This document shows, piece by piece, positions 29,783 through 45,438 of a stretch of DNA of 64,000 nucleotides. The notes below the pieces were generated by a model. It searched no databases and was not told the DNA's origin. It worked only from the letters and a program-made list of their open reading frames with translations. The number at the start of each line of letters is the position of its first letter. The first letter of the stretch is position 1. The position numbers were made by a program, and so were the translations under genes. This DNA comes from Octopus vulgaris (Eukaryota): assembly GCA_951406725.2 (NCBI GenBank), contig OX597835.1:47678001-47742000 (forward strand), given 5' to 3'.

Positions 29783-30429
29783 TATATAATGTATATATAT
29801 ATATATACTTATATATATCTAATGTATATATATATGTATATATGTATATATTTACACACATATTTATATGTACATATATATATGTATGTATATGTATATA
29901 TATATATGTATATATATATGTATATATATGAATATATATGTGTTTGTGTACGGAAATATACACGCATATACGTGCATGTCTAAATGCGTCTGCAGGTACA
30001 CAAATCACTAGTGAGTATGAATGTGTGTAACGTTAAGTGTACATACACAAACATACACACGCATATGCATAAAGTACATTGTATACATAATCATTGATAT
30101 ATGTCCACACACATACATACAATACACACACGTACACATATTTTGTATATTTTTATAACGAGAGGCACAATACACACACATTCACATTCACACACGCACA
30201 CACACACCCTAAACAATACACTGAGCGTCAAAATATACTTCCTCTTAAAATATTATGTTTATAAACTTTTATAAACTTACTTGTAACTATATATAACTAA
30301 AATAACACACCCTCTTTATCTCTCTCTATATATATCGAAATTGTTATATACCTTTGTGTGTATGCGTATATATTTATATATCTATGTCTGTTTGTCTGTC
30401 TATATATCTGCGCATCCATATTGCATACA

Positions 30430-30516
<87 letters not shown>

Positions 30517-30551
30517 ATATATATATATCTATCTATCTATCTATCTATCTG

Positions 30552-30622
<71 letters not shown>
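30430..30622. repeat. (TATC)n
   Basis: Seen directly. Confidence 0.98.
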
Positions 30623-30697
30623 GCCCGTCCGTCTGTCTATCTGTCTGTCTACCTGTCTGTCTATTTATCTGCAGATAAATACACATTTGTATGTGTG

Positions 30698-30729
<32 letters not shown>

Positions 30730-31245
30730 CGTGTGCGTGAGTGTATGTATATATATATGTATATATATATGTACCTATATATGTGTGTGTACGTATAAAT
30801 AGTTATGTACATAGCTACATAGATACATACATACAAATGCATACACTCACATGCACACATGCGCTCATACATACACTTACTCACACATACACATATCTAT
30901 ACGCCGCACACACGTGGAAATGTCCTCTGCAGAGTTATTCGTGATATATATTCTATTAGCACCATCTTTCAATTAACAATGATTCATTAGCTGTTGTCTA
31001 ATCGAACAAGTGCTATGGAATAATGAAGAGAGAGAATCGAACCTCGGCAGCCTATTAAGGCGATCACTTGACAGCTTGATAGACTCATTGTTCGGAGCTT
31101 GATTACAAATGAAGCAATTAAGAAGACGATGGTCAAATTAGTTGTGTCATTGGTGCTTCAAGTAGGGTGGTAGCCGGACACTGGTGACCAACGAAATGGT
31201 GTGGGATTGTTGCACTTATAGCTTCGGACATAATACACGCATCAA

Positions 31246-31280
<35 letters not shown>

Positions 31281-31493
31281 CGCACACACACACGCACACA
31301 TACACACACACACACACACACATACACACGCATATAACTTACACACTGAAGTACAAATATATATATGCATCTCATCCTCTCTCTTTCTCTGTACATATAT
31401 ATATATATATATATATTTTTATATATGTATATATACATTGTATATATATACATATATGTATATATACAATGCATACATATATATATGTATATT

Positions 31494-31570
<77 letters not shown>

Positions 31571-31909
31571 TATACATATATATATATATGTATACATATA
31601 TATATATATATATACATACATGTATATATATTTATATATACACACATATATATGTATATATATACATGTATGTATGTGTGTATATATTGACATTTAGCGG
31701 CAATTTGTTGCTAGAGTTTTTAATTTCTACTCATTCTATTTGTTGTTCTTGTTGATACTGTTGTCGTGGATGGCCTCTGTGTGTGTGTGTACTTGTGCCT
31801 GAGTGGTCTTCTACTCCTCCTTCTCCTCCCCTTCCTCCTCCTACTTCTCCCCCTCTTCCTCGTCGTCGTCTCGGTATTGCTTCCTTAAATATATGAATAT
31901 GAATGGGTG

Positions 31910-31982
<73 letters not shown>

Positions 31983-32006
31983 GTTCATAGCATCTTTTGT
32001 TGGCCC

Positions 32007-32067
32007 GATAACTGAAGAGATGCCGGTGCGGTTTTCCGCCCTGACATCCGAAATTCGGAGTTTTATC
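32007..32067 (+). ncRNA. Minimal type I hammerhead ribozyme-like motif with a long stem II
   Basis: CTGAAGA gatgccggtgcgg-tttt-ccgccctgacatc c GAAA t TC ggagttttatc. Eleven of 13 stem II positions pair. Helix I is only partly retained (gataa/ttatc). Confidence 0.6.
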
Positions 32068-32103
32068 ATGGCTACCGATTAATTGTCACATACTATATTT
32101 ACT

Positions 32104-32188
<85 letters not shown>

Positions 32189-32199
32189 ATATGTGAACG

Positions 32200-32400
32200 C
32201 GTGTGTATTGTTGGCGACTTTTTTCCTCCGTCTTCCCTTCTTTGCACCTTTCCTTTTACTATGTTTCTGACGAAGAGTTCCGCTCGAAACGTTAAATCCT
32301 CCTTCTTTCTTTCCTTTCCTGAGCGTACAATAATACTATACTTGTTCCACGTCCTCGTGTTGATGTGTTTTCTCTTTGTGATTTCATGTCTGGATTAACT
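32200..32400 (+). mobile_element. Short PLE-type non-coding element between (TA)n tracts
   Basis: It is homologous to 28375-28545 (-) and 55255-55445 (-) and carries the motif at 32263-32297. Confidence 0.7.
32263..32297 (+). ncRNA. Minimal hammerhead ribozyme-like motif, best-preserved copy
   Basis: gttt CTGACGA a gag-ttccg-ctc GAAA cg TT aaat. The core is intact and helix III is the palindrome AACGTT. Confidence 0.7.
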
Positions 32401-32402
32401 AT

Positions 32403-32458
<56 letters not shown>

Positions 32459-32650
32459 ACAATAATTAAGGGTAAAACTAATCAATTACGAAGTAATCAG
32501 TAAATTTCACCAAGTAGAATTCGGTATGAAAACAGGACCGCTATACGGTAAATTCTAGTAATAATAATATAAAGGGATCAGCAAAAGATTTTGGCTGCTA
32601 TTTCTGAACTTCGGTATGTGGTGATGCATTTCTTTTGCTGATCCCTTAAT

Positions 32651-32716
<66 letters not shown>

Positions 32717-32725
32717 AAATATATA

Positions 32726-33026
32726 CGAGGGTGAGTAAAAAATTAATGCCATTTTCTTAAGGACAGGTATAATTACCAACACAGTAACATATGCCATACA
32801 TCAAAATGAAGCTGGTCCTCGGTGGATCACTCCTCAACATTTCTCTCAATAGCGGTGTTTCAATTTCGAATGAGAGCATGTATCCCTTCCCTGTACAATT
32901 CTGTTGACTCTTCTTTGAGCCACTTCTTCACTACAGTTTTCACTTCCTCGTCACTGGAATAATGTATGTATCTCAAACCCTCTTTCATAGGGCCGAAGAG
33001 ATGATAGATAGCCTGAAGGCGCAAGA
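32726..33026 (-). mobile_element. mariner fragment: 3' end of the transposase and one TIR
   Basis: The end reads TA+cgagggtgagtaaaaaatta. The minus strand encodes LAPS..HLFGPMKEGLR..HYSSDEEVKTVVKKWLKEESTELYREGIHAL. Confidence 0.88.
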
Positions 33027-33180
33027 GTATTTGTGATATTTTTTGCTGCTTTTTGATAATGTATATATATATATACAGGTAGGTACGATAAATTCAGGGT
33101 GAATACTTGACAAATATAAGCACCTGTATATATATACAAATATATATGCATGTATGTATACATATAAACACATATATATA

Positions 33181-33471
33181 CTTATTCTTTGTAAGCCCAG
33201 TACTTATTCTATCGGTCTCTTTTGCCGAACCGCTAAGTGACGGGGACGTAAACACACCAGCATCGGTTGTCAAGCAATGCTAGGGGGACAAACACAGACA
33301 CACAAACACACACACGCATATATGTATATATATATATATATATACATATATACGACGGGCTTCTTTCAGTTTCCGTCTACCAAATCCACTCACAAGGCAT
33401 TGGTCAGCCCGGGGCTATAGCAGAAAACACTTGCCCAAGATGCAACACGGTGGGACTGAACCCGGAACCAT
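33181..33471 (-). mobile_element. SINE family A, truncated at both ends
   Basis: Nearly identical to 27303-27582. Confidence 0.92.
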
Positions 33472-33623
33472 ATGTATACATATATACACACATATATGTA
33501 CATACATGCATATATATATATACATATATATACAGTTATATATAATTAGGTGTATATATACACAGATATATATGTGTATGTTTGTGTGTGTGTATGTGTG
33601 TGAATATATTTGCATACTTACAT

Positions 33624-33655
<32 letters not shown>

Positions 33656-34305
33656 ATAATTATGTGCGTAAATATACAAATATATATATTTATGATAATA
33701 TGAATATAGAAACATCTCTCTGTGTGTATATATACAGACACACACATATATATATCTTTCTATCTATCTAACTATATATCTCCCCCTTTCTATTTTTCTA
33801 TGAATCTATTTAACTCTCTCTCCCTTTCTTGTGTGTGTGTATATATATATATATATATGTCTGTATGTGTATTTGTATGTGTTAGTGGATGTGCGTGTGT
33901 GTGTGTAATGTGCAAAGTAGTTTCAGTATGTGTGTTATTGCATTTCTGTATGTACATATACACGGACTTACATACATTTATACATACATATACATACAGG
34001 TGTGTGTGAGTGCTTGTATGTGTGCGTGTGCATGTGTGTGTGTTTACGTGTGTGTGTGTGTGTGTGTTTGAGTATGTCTGTGTGCGTGTATGCGTGTGTT
34101 TGTATTCGTCTTTATATGTGTGGTGTTAAGAGTAAGCACCAGAAGACGCGAAAGATGTAAAGATGAAGAAAGCGTTAGATTTCGTCATAGATAATTAGAA
34201 ACGAAAAATATTTAAAAACCACACACAAATAATGATAATAATGATGAGATGATGATGACAATAATAATAACAATAATAATAATGCCAACAACAACAACAA
34301 AAATC

Positions 34306-34379
<74 letters not shown>

Positions 34380-34677
34380 TGAAAAACAAATGCTAAACAA
34401 GAACGAAATTTTATTTTTACCAAGAAGGTGAATGAAGAAAAATTATCGAGTATCATCTATAAAAACCTATAATTTATTATCAATACCGTCTAATTCTGTT
34501 TTTGCTGGCAGCTTCTATGTTAAAATTTATCTCTTTTAGAAGCTTTTGTCACTCCAGGCTGGAAAATATACATAATTTTGGAGGAAATTAGAAGAAAACT
34601 TTTATCTGTAAATATTTGTTTAACTTCGTTAGAGTTACAACTTGGATGTACATATATTACCCATATATATATATCTG

Positions 34678-34727
<50 letters not shown>

Positions 34728-34762
34728 CTATGTATGTGTAAGTATACGTATACATATAATAC

Positions 34763-34804
<42 letters not shown>

Positions 34805-34962
34805 GTGTGTGTGTATTTTGTAGACATGTTTATATATGTATGTATGTTACTGTGTCTGCTTGTTTGTCTCTGTTAATCAGTCTGTCATCCTGTGTCTCTT
34901 TGTCGTATTGTTAGTCTCCTTCAGTGTGTGTGTATACATACATACATACATACATACATACA

Positions 34963-34998
<36 letters not shown>

Positions 34999-35003
34999 TA
35001 AAA

Positions 35004-35050
<47 letters not shown>

Positions 35051-35129
35051 AACATGCATCATGCATCATATACGTACACACATACATGTATGCACACATA
35101 CACATCTCTATCTATGTGTATGCAAGTGT

Positions 35130-35196
<67 letters not shown>

Positions 35197-35796
35197 TGTG
35201 TGTGGTGTGTGTGTATACATTGCTCAACTTAGTTGCATAATTGCTATTCTTCTTTTAGATACATTGAATAGCAAATATTTTGACATATTTCTATCCAATT
35301 CTCACAATAGAAACTGTTCAAAAGTTATGTGTGGTATGCTTTATTACTCTCTGCGCAATACTGTTACAGTTGTCAACGATCGTTTTTGTGTTCTGTTGGT
35401 CTTTAAAAGACACCCAGTTGCAGACAATGTTTAATAAATCGTTTTCCTATGTTCATTCGATGTTATGTTTTTCTATCTAGACTCTTATAAGCTGGAAATA
35501 TTTCAAATAAGTTAGGTCTATTCCTATACTTATTGCTGCATGCTTACTTAATGAAACCTTTTCTGTTATTCTCATAACCGATTTGCTGTCAGTGCACCGT
35601 CATTCGTTTAGGAATTATATGAGAAATATTTCAGTGTTGATGGATATAACCTACTTTGTGTCTTGCAGATGGTAACATAGTGTGACCACAAATTCTATAG
35701 CTGAATGCAAGGAAATTTAGGGAAGCATTAACAAGTATATTAAAAAAAATTTAATTCAAAATATGAACAACACTAACTCAATATTAGTCTTCATAT

Positions 35797-36005
35797 AAAG
35801 GCAGCAAGCTGGCAGAATAAATAGCGTGCCGGGGAAATAGCTCGGTGGCTTTACGTTCATAGTTCAAATTCCAACGTGGTCGACATTGCATTTCATCGTT
35901 TCGGTTTCTATAAAATAAGTACCAGTTGAGCCCTGGGGTCGATGTAATCGACTTATCACCCCCACCACCCGAACTTACTAGCTGTGTGCCACAGTTTGAA
36001 ACCAA
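35797..36005 (+). mobile_element. SINE family B monomer
   Basis: Head aaggcagcaagctggcagaa, then agttcaaattcc, taagtaccagttgagccctggggtcgatgtaatcgac and the tail tgtgccacagtttgaaacc. Confidence 0.87.
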
Positions 36006-36734
36006 TATTCATGTACTTTCTGGTTATTTCTCTTCAGTTCAGGCAAGCCTGCATTTAGAGAAGTTATAATATACGTAAACAATAATTCCAACCACCCCGA
36101 ACAATCTTGAAAAACAAAATTATTAGTTAACCTTATCTGCAGACGGAACATCTAACTTACCTTTCATTAGTGACATAGTCATGGGGCTTTTAGAAATAAA
36201 AATTTTGAAGTGTTCACGAAACGGTCAAAATCTTTATGGCTGATCTATCTATTGCTATTGAAGTGATTTCTGCTTTCGAAGTATTAAAATATAATATTTG
36301 CGTTTTATTAGTTAATCGATGGGTCTCTAGAAAAGAACATTATAGTTGTTATTGTTTTTGTTGTTATTATTGTGGTCGTTTTTGTGGTTGTTATTTAAGA
36401 TCCCGGACAGCACCGATCGGTCAGTATTATGATTAAATTCGCTCCAGCTGTGACCATCTCGTCTTTTGGCATGTCCAGGGCAACATTGTTCAACATGTCT
36501 TTCCATTCTTTTATTCCAAGACAGTAGAATATGAGAGATATACGGCACTTGGACAGTCTTTCTTTGTTCCACTCATTAAATATTTATTAATTTACAACTT
36601 TAATTTTATTTACTTATAAGATGAGTAGGTGTAATTAACACAACATTGTTAATTGTTTCGATTTTATGATTTCTAGCTTATTAATATGACGCTTAAATGT
36701 TAGGTAAATAAATTATTTTTATAATTAATCTTAA

Positions 36735-36917
36735 TAGGCAGCGACCTAGCCGAGGCATTAGCACGCCGCCAAAATGCTTAGCGGAATTTCGTCCGTCTTT
36801 ACGTTCTCAGTTCAAATTTTGAAGAGGTCGACTTTCTCTTTCATCATTTTGGGGGTCGATGTAATCGACTTACCTCCGCCCCTCAAACTGTTGGCCTTGT
36901 GTCAAAATTTGAAACCA
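36735..36917 (+). mobile_element. SINE family B monomer with an internal deletion
   Basis: ttagcacgccgccaaaatgcttagcgg...gaggtcgacttt...ggccttgtgtcaaaatttgaaacc. Confidence 0.87.
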
Positions 36918-38170
36918 GTATTGGATACATTACTGTGAGATTATTTTTCGTATTAATAGATCTTTAATATCTCTAATCAAAGATACAAATTCTATTTCTT
37001 CTTCCTGAGACATCGCATATCTAGGAGTACATTATCCAAAGCGACCTTCGTTTCTGTATGATAAGATATGATAAGAAAAGAAAATTTGGAAGCTGAATTT
37101 TCAATCAGCGCAAAGAAATTCCCTCTTCGCGTTGCTTTTAATAAAGTTTAACAAATTGTCTTACAATTCGGAGTTTAAATGCAGCCGAAGGTAGTTTGCA
37201 GGTATATTTGTTGTCGATGAGTTAGAAGTCTTAACACCTGTTTGTTAGCTTCGTTCCGGCTCAGTTTACTTGGCTGGCAAATAGGTTCTTAGAATTCAAT
37301 GAAATATGGCTTCTTACCATATTTAACTGTATTTCTTTGCTGACATTTTCCCCTTGCTCAGTGTCCCCGTCTGGTAATTAAGTTTCCATCAACCAAAATA
37401 GTTGCTATCTTCGGGTTTTGAACACCTATCATAAAAACAATTGCTGCTTCGGCTCTAACCAATGGCTACACAGCAATAAGAGAAATGGTCACGACGAGAA
37501 AGCACTGAATCCTACTTTAAATCCACTTTAAACGGAATTGATTGGAGCAAAAATAACAAACCAAATGGTCACATATGGAACTGTTTCTCTCGCCTTCTCC
37601 CTTATGTCGTATTTATCTATTTCACTGCCTCTCTCTCTCTCTCTCTCTCTCTCTGTACGTGTCTCTGTCTCTCTTTCTCTTCACTCCCCTCTTTTCTCCT
37701 ACCTGGGTGCTTTACCTTATCTTCGGTGCTCGTAAAACACGAAAGACTCCTCCCAACATTTCCCTCTCTCTCTCTCACTTTTCTGTTCTCTCCACTCCCT
37801 CTCCCTAACCCCCTCTCTTCAACTCCCATATTCTTTTCTCTTTTCTATAGCCTCCCCTGTTTTTCTCTTTCTCCGCCTCTTCCTCTCCTCCCTCTACCTC
37901 AAACTATGAAAAAGTTGACTTGAAAAATATCTAAATCTTTCTCTCACTATCTCTCTGTATCTCTACCTACTCTAACACACACACACACACACACAAACAT
38001 ACACACACACGCACACAATACACATACACAAACAACACACGCGCTCTCTCTCTTTCACTTTCTCTCTTTTACTTTCCCTATCTCTCTCTTTCCCTGTCTA
38101 TCTCTCTCACTCTTTCGCTATCTGTCTATATATATATCTCTCTCTCTGTTTGTCTCCCTCCTTCTCTCTC

Positions 38171-38211
<41 letters not shown>

Positions 38212-38277
38212 AAGTCTCCTCTGCCTGTCCCTCGACCTTTCTCACTGACACACACACACTCAAACACCCTTTCTATC

Positions 38278-38314
38278 TTCTTCAGACAAAGGGCTAACAT
38301 CCGAAACGTCAGAT
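38278..38314 (+). ncRNA. Degenerate minimal hammerhead-like motif
   Basis: ttctt CAGACAA a gggc-taac-atcc GAAA cg TC agat. It has the same layout as 32263-32297 with two core substitutions. Confidence 0.45.
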
Positions 38315-38773
38315 TCTTCCTCTCCCCACGGCATACGAAATTTATAAGCGGAAAAAAACCTCGCAAACTCTAAGAAAGGAAACGCATGTTGTTAAATTTC
38401 AACAAAACATAAATGTATATCTTCAGGTGAAATTCTAGACAACAATTCCATTGTGTTTGCAATGGATTTCCATATCTGTTTATTTAAAAATGATTAGATT
38501 TCTAATACAACAAGGGACCATCAAATATTTCCTCAACATCTGAGGTTGTGTACGACAGCGGCCATCTTCATTTCATGTTTACATTTTACCTTATCTCGCA
38601 AACAAAATAATGTTACCCTCACCCACCACCACTTCATCCTCCACCTTCTTGCTTCATTACTTTCTTCCTCTCTTTCTCTCTTATCTTTTTTTTCTATTTT
38701 TCTATTCTTCTCTCACTTAACGTTTTCTTCTTAACTTTCCGCTCGTTCTTTTCTGCATTTTCTATCTTTCTCT

Positions 38774-38833
<60 letters not shown>

Positions 38834-38850
38834 CTCTGACCTTGTATACG

Positions 38851-38889
<39 letters not shown>

Positions 38890-39064
38890 GTATGTATTAT
38901 ATACACACACACATATATACACACGTGTATGTATTTATGTACATATATATATGCATACACACACACATATATATATATACATATATATACGCGTACATAT
39001 TTATAGAGATACGTATACATATGTATATACGTAAGTATATATATCATATATATATGTATGTATA

Positions 39065-39132
<68 letters not shown>

Positions 39133-39223
39133 CGTGTGTATATATATATATACATATACTCTATACTACCTTCACCATTTCCAAGTAAGTATATATATGT
39201 GTATGTTAGTGTGTGTGAGTTAG

Positions 39224-39265
<42 letters not shown>

Positions 39266-39806
39266 GGTTTCTATAATATTTTCTCTCCTCCAAACTTTCT
39301 TCATTCACTTTCATCTAATATTCTTCCTTCTCCCTTTTTCACTTTCCTTCCCCCTTGACCAATCGCATATCCCTCTGTCTATCTAAATTTCAAAAGACGG
39401 CAGAAGACGTATAACTCTAGATGAACCGTGACAAACAAGAAGAAGAAGGAGGAGGAGGAGTAGGAGTAGGAGGAATAGGTGAAAGGGAAGAAAAGAAGAT
39501 GAAGGAGAGGAGGAGGAGGAGGAATAATCAGAGATGGGAGACCTATGATCACAGGTCGATCAGACTTCACAAGGGATTAAACAACAATAAGAATAGCCTC
39601 ACAAACGAGCACTAATACCACCACCACCACAATCACCACCACCACCGCGATCCGGAGACTAAACTGAACATCTTCAGACCTACATTCTGGTGCTAACTAT
39701 TTTGTGACTGTACAGCTGCTTGTTAGAAAAAGTGGACTTGTTTTGATTTCAACATTGCTTCAAGGCTGTACTGAAAACCATCTCCCTGAAGAATCTTAGA
39801 CAAATG

Positions 39807-39853
<47 letters not shown>

Positions 39854-40114
39854 ACACAGACACACACACACACACACACACACACACATCACACACATTA
39901 ACGCACATATAAACATACACAAGTGCAGTATGTCTCACACGATATCTATGTAATTAATTATAACTAAACATACATGTATATACTTATATATATATACACA
40001 TATATATCTAACGTACATGCATGTGTACCCTATATGTGTGTGTGTATATACATATGTCTGTGGGTATGTGTGTGAGTGTGTATATATGCATGAATGTATG
40101 TATATATATGTCCC

Positions 40115-40146
<32 letters not shown>

Positions 40147-40608
40147 GACGTACATACTCACAGTCTGACACCACATGCCTTAGCATATATATATATATAT
40201 ATGTATTTATGTATATATGTATATATATATGTGTGTGTGTGTATTTATGAGTACATACAATGTATATACACCTAAGCATACAAATACACTTATATACCTT
40301 TGATAAAAACAAATGAACTCACATGTAAGCATGTGGTATATATGTATATATATATATATATATATAGATATATATATAGTATACGTATCTATCTATCTAT
40401 CTATATGTGTGTGTGTGTGTGCGTGTATGCTTACGTATGCATACGTACAAACATACATAGATATGCATGCGTGTGTGAGTGCGTGTGTGTGTGTACTGAG
40501 AAAAATAGAAGTGAAATGAGGAGGGGTTTTCGGGTAAATATTTATGCTCGGAAAGTAAATTTAATGATGGAATCAAGGGGGATTTGTTGAATTTTCAAAG
40601 ATATATAA

Positions 40609-40745
<137 letters not shown>

Positions 40746-40968
40746 CATAGGTATATGTATATACCTGTGCGTGCATATGTGTGTGTGTGCGTGTGTGTGC
40801 GTGCGCGCGTATTCATTGAAGTAAATTAAGAAAGAAATACAAAAACCAAAACCACGCAAATATAGGTAAACATTCTTACACTCATACATACTGCAAATAA
40901 ACATACATGTAGATATATAGACACACATACACACATGCATATATATATAAGTATATACACACATTCAC

Positions 40969-41006
<38 letters not shown>

Positions 41007-41045
41007 AATATACATATATATATATAATATATACATACATATATA

Positions 41046-41307
<262 letters not shown>

Positions 41308-41325
41308 TATATAGGCACACATACA

Positions 41326-41472
41326 TAGGCGTGGCTGTCCGTAAGTAGCTTCATTCCCAACCACGTGATTCCGGGTTTAGTCTCATTGCATGGGAAATCT
41401 TCTACAATATCTTCGGGCGAAGCCTTACGAGTGGATTATGGTAGCCAGAAACTGACGGAAGCTTGTCAGATA
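41326..41472 (+). mobile_element. SINE family A, 5' part, diverged
   Basis: ggcgtggctgtccgtaagtagctt...cccaaccac...gagtggattatggtag...gaaactgacggaagc. Confidence 0.78.
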
Positions 41473-41476
41473 TGGA

Positions 41477-41903
<427 letters not shown>

Positions 41904-41931
41904 ATCTATCTATCTATCTATCTATCTATCA

Positions 41932-41962
<31 letters not shown>

Positions 41963-41963
<1 letters not shown>

Positions 41964-42386
41964 CGTATGAATGACGAAGCCACCTTGAGCATAGTCCTAT
42001 GAACCCAGAAATCGAAAACAGAGAGTTGCTTATTTGCAAAAAAAAAAAAAAAAAAAAAAAAAAGAAATATAAAATGTGACATCATTGACCGAGGTTACCG
42101 TGGTCTTTTCCGTAGGCTTTTCTTTCCACGGGTAAACCTCACCTGTCCTCCCCTTTACACTTCATATTGACATTTCTGTGATAACGATCCCTATTGATCA
42201 ATTTTTTTCCTCTCCCCTTTTTTTTAACCCCCCTTTTTTTTGTCCTCTTTCTCTCCTTTTACGATCCCTTTTGATCGAAACTCCCCCTTCCTTTTTTTTT
42301 TTTTTTTTTTTAAACCTTCAAAAGAAAAGCTCTACCTTGTAATTTGTTCTATCTGTGTGCAGCCCTGTGTGGCTAATAAAGAAACA
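41963..42386 (+). mobile_element. 5'-truncated non-LTR (Tx1-like) 3' end in (TATC)n, copy 2
   Basis: It has the same termini and the same central hairpin as copy 1, with (TATC)n on both sides. Confidence 0.7.
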
Positions 42387-42524
<138 letters not shown>

Positions 42525-42525
42525 C

Positions 42526-42566
<41 letters not shown>

Positions 42567-42567
42567 C

Positions 42568-42601
<34 letters not shown>

Positions 42602-42622
42602 TTATCTCTATATATATGGTAA

Positions 42623-43114
42623 ATGAACAATGAACCAAATAAATCTCAAAAACACTTCACTAGAAGAAAATTCACATCAGAGAATGTATCAGAACTCTCC
42701 GTAAAAGAATGTGGAGATAATAGATGTAGAACATGCAACAACAACAACAACAACAACTTTAAATACTTAGAAACTGGTTCCCACATAATATTGAAGAGCA
42801 GTTTCTCGTTCAAAGTAAATGCAGATATGAATCGCAAGAGGCAGAATCTCATAAACTGCATTACTTTCCCCAACTGCAAGGAAAATTATATTGGAGAAAC
42901 TAGCAATTCCCTCAGCCAACGTTTAAGAATCCACAGACAACACATTCGACAAGAAGAGTTGCGCAATATTCCACTGAGCAAGCTTCTAGAAATATGCGGT
43001 GAAGAAAAATTCAAAATCTTTCCCTTTTACAAATGCTCAAGAGATGACCCAAAATTCGGAAAAGCAATGGAGCTACACGTCATCACACAATTCTCTTCAA
43101 AATTAAATGTTTGA
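42623..43114 (+). pseudogene. Penelope-like element C-terminus: Cys-rich linker plus GIY-YIG endonuclease
   Basis: KECGDNRCRTC linker, then NLINCITFPNCKENYIGETSNSLSQRLRIHRQHI (C..C...YIGET...L..R...H). There is no RT upstream, and an (AAC)n tract is embedded in frame. Confidence 0.9.
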
Positions 43115-43137
43115 AAGAGGAGAAGAGGAACTACTTG

Positions 43138-43208
<71 letters not shown>

Positions 43209-43317
43209 ATAGAAAAGTGCCATAGTTATCATGTGAAATTGGTTGAATGATATTTTCCAGTGGTCCTGTGTATATAAGTTGATATATGTATATAAACATA
43301 TATATATATATATATGT

Positions 43318-43630
43318 ATCACCGTGATCACCGTGACCGACCAGGCTATCAGATGTTGCTACACATCGCTGGTCACAATGCGCTTCGCATTGTTTTAGCC
43401 TTCAAATGACGCCACCCCGCTGGCTAAGCGAGCAGGCCAACAGAAGAAAGAGTGAGAAAAAGTTGTGGCAAAAGAGTTCAGCAGGGATCTTCACCACCCC
43501 CTGCTGGAGCATCCTGGAGCTTTAGGTGTTTTCGCTCAATAAACACTCACAACGCCCGGTCTGGGAATCGAAACCGCGATCCTACGACCTCAAGTCCGTT
43601 GTCCTAACCATTGGGCTATTGCACCTCCAC
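43318..43630 (-). mobile_element. SINE family C, tRNA head, tail type X
   Basis: The minus strand reads gtggaggtgcaatagcccaatggttagg (A box) ... ggtttcgattccc (B box). The first ~130 nt are shared with 54200-54336, and the tail ends in cacggtgat repeats. Confidence 0.88.
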
Positions 43631-43721
43631 ACACACACATATATATATACGCGTGTGTGTGTGTACTTGTATATATATATACATGTATGTATATATATAT
43701 ATATACTTGTATATGCATATG

Positions 43722-43845
<124 letters not shown>

Positions 43846-45302
43846 TATACAAGTATGGACTGTTGTATATTTTTATATCTACTAATACACCTATTTTCAT
43901 ACTGATATATATATTTGCATGCATAAGCGTATATATTTTTATGTCCATTTAAAAATGTTTTGAATTCTGACAATACAGAGCCAATTGGCTTGTAACAAAA
44001 ATACGAAATACCATCATCGCAGTAATATGAATAACAATATCGATATTTGTTACGTATTGAACTTCATATGTGTCTTACAAATTAATGTTTCCATGATTGA
44101 TTTTATTGGCAAATTGCGTGTTGAATGGTAACTTTTTGTTTGGCTGAAATCGCTAGCTATACGCTACTGCCAATTAAACATTCACTAACATAGCCCAGTG
44201 CATCAATAAATATCGGTTCAAATGTGGATTTATAATTAGCGTAATAGAAGCTGTAGGTGTAGAAACAATTATCAGGAAAAGTATAATTACTTTTTTCAAT
44301 GATTTGGAAAGAAATGTTAACATTTGAAAACATAGGAGACGCATGAAACTTCATTTATTTTAGTGTGTATGTATGTATGTACCTATGTATATATGTAAAT
44401 ATGTATGGATATATGTATGCATGTTCTTTCTCTTGTTCTTTTAATGTATGTCTGTATGTATGTATGTATGTATGTATGCATGTATGTGACTATGTATGTC
44501 TGTATGTATGTGTAACTATGTATGTATGTGTGTCTATGTGTGCAGGTATATACGTATGCATGTTTATACTTTCTTAATATATATTCATATTCATTTTACT
44601 TAATGGAGTTAAGGTCAGTCGCTAAGAAAGTGACGAGACTTTTGAGTATAGATTGTACTTGGGTTTTAAATTTGTGACTGAGTAAAGGCGTGCATATATG
44701 TGTACATAATTACCTGTACTTATGGCTCTTTAGCATTTGGGTGTTTATACCTGTGTAAATATATCACATCTAATTTCACCATCTTATCATTTTTGCGCAA
44801 GATAATGACAGCGTGACTAAAAAAACGCTCTTACATATTAGAAAAAGTTTAGCGATTGATTTTTAGGGCCGATAAAAATCTTCAGGATAAATTTGTCGAC
44901 GATGTAAGAAAAAACGTTTTAATTTTCTTGAAGCACTGTGATACAGCAAAAATAACACAATAACGAAAGCGGAGACCTAACAATGTTTAGTATCATTTCA
45001 GGCAAAGACTCATTATCAGAGTTGAATGGTTACATTCTTGATTAAGAGCCTTTATGCCCGAAATATATAAACGTTACTAAACCGCACCATTTTGCATTGT
45101 AAGAAGCTCTCTGTTTTCATTATTTTCATATTTTATGGACAATGTGTTGGAATGGCGAATGTGTTGGAATTTCACCAGCAATATTTTGAGTCACCAGGAA
45201 TTGATCAGAAAAATTTCGATGCAGTATTTTTAGTGATTTTAATCCCTGTGGATTTTCTGCGAATACATTTCAGAAGTTTTCATATATATACATGTGTGTA
45301 TG

Positions 45303-45336
<34 letters not shown>

Positions 45337-45402
45337 TGTATGTATGTATGTATGTATGTATGTATGTATGTGTGTGTGTGTATGTATGTATGTATGTATG
45401 TA

Positions 45403-45438
<36 letters not shown>

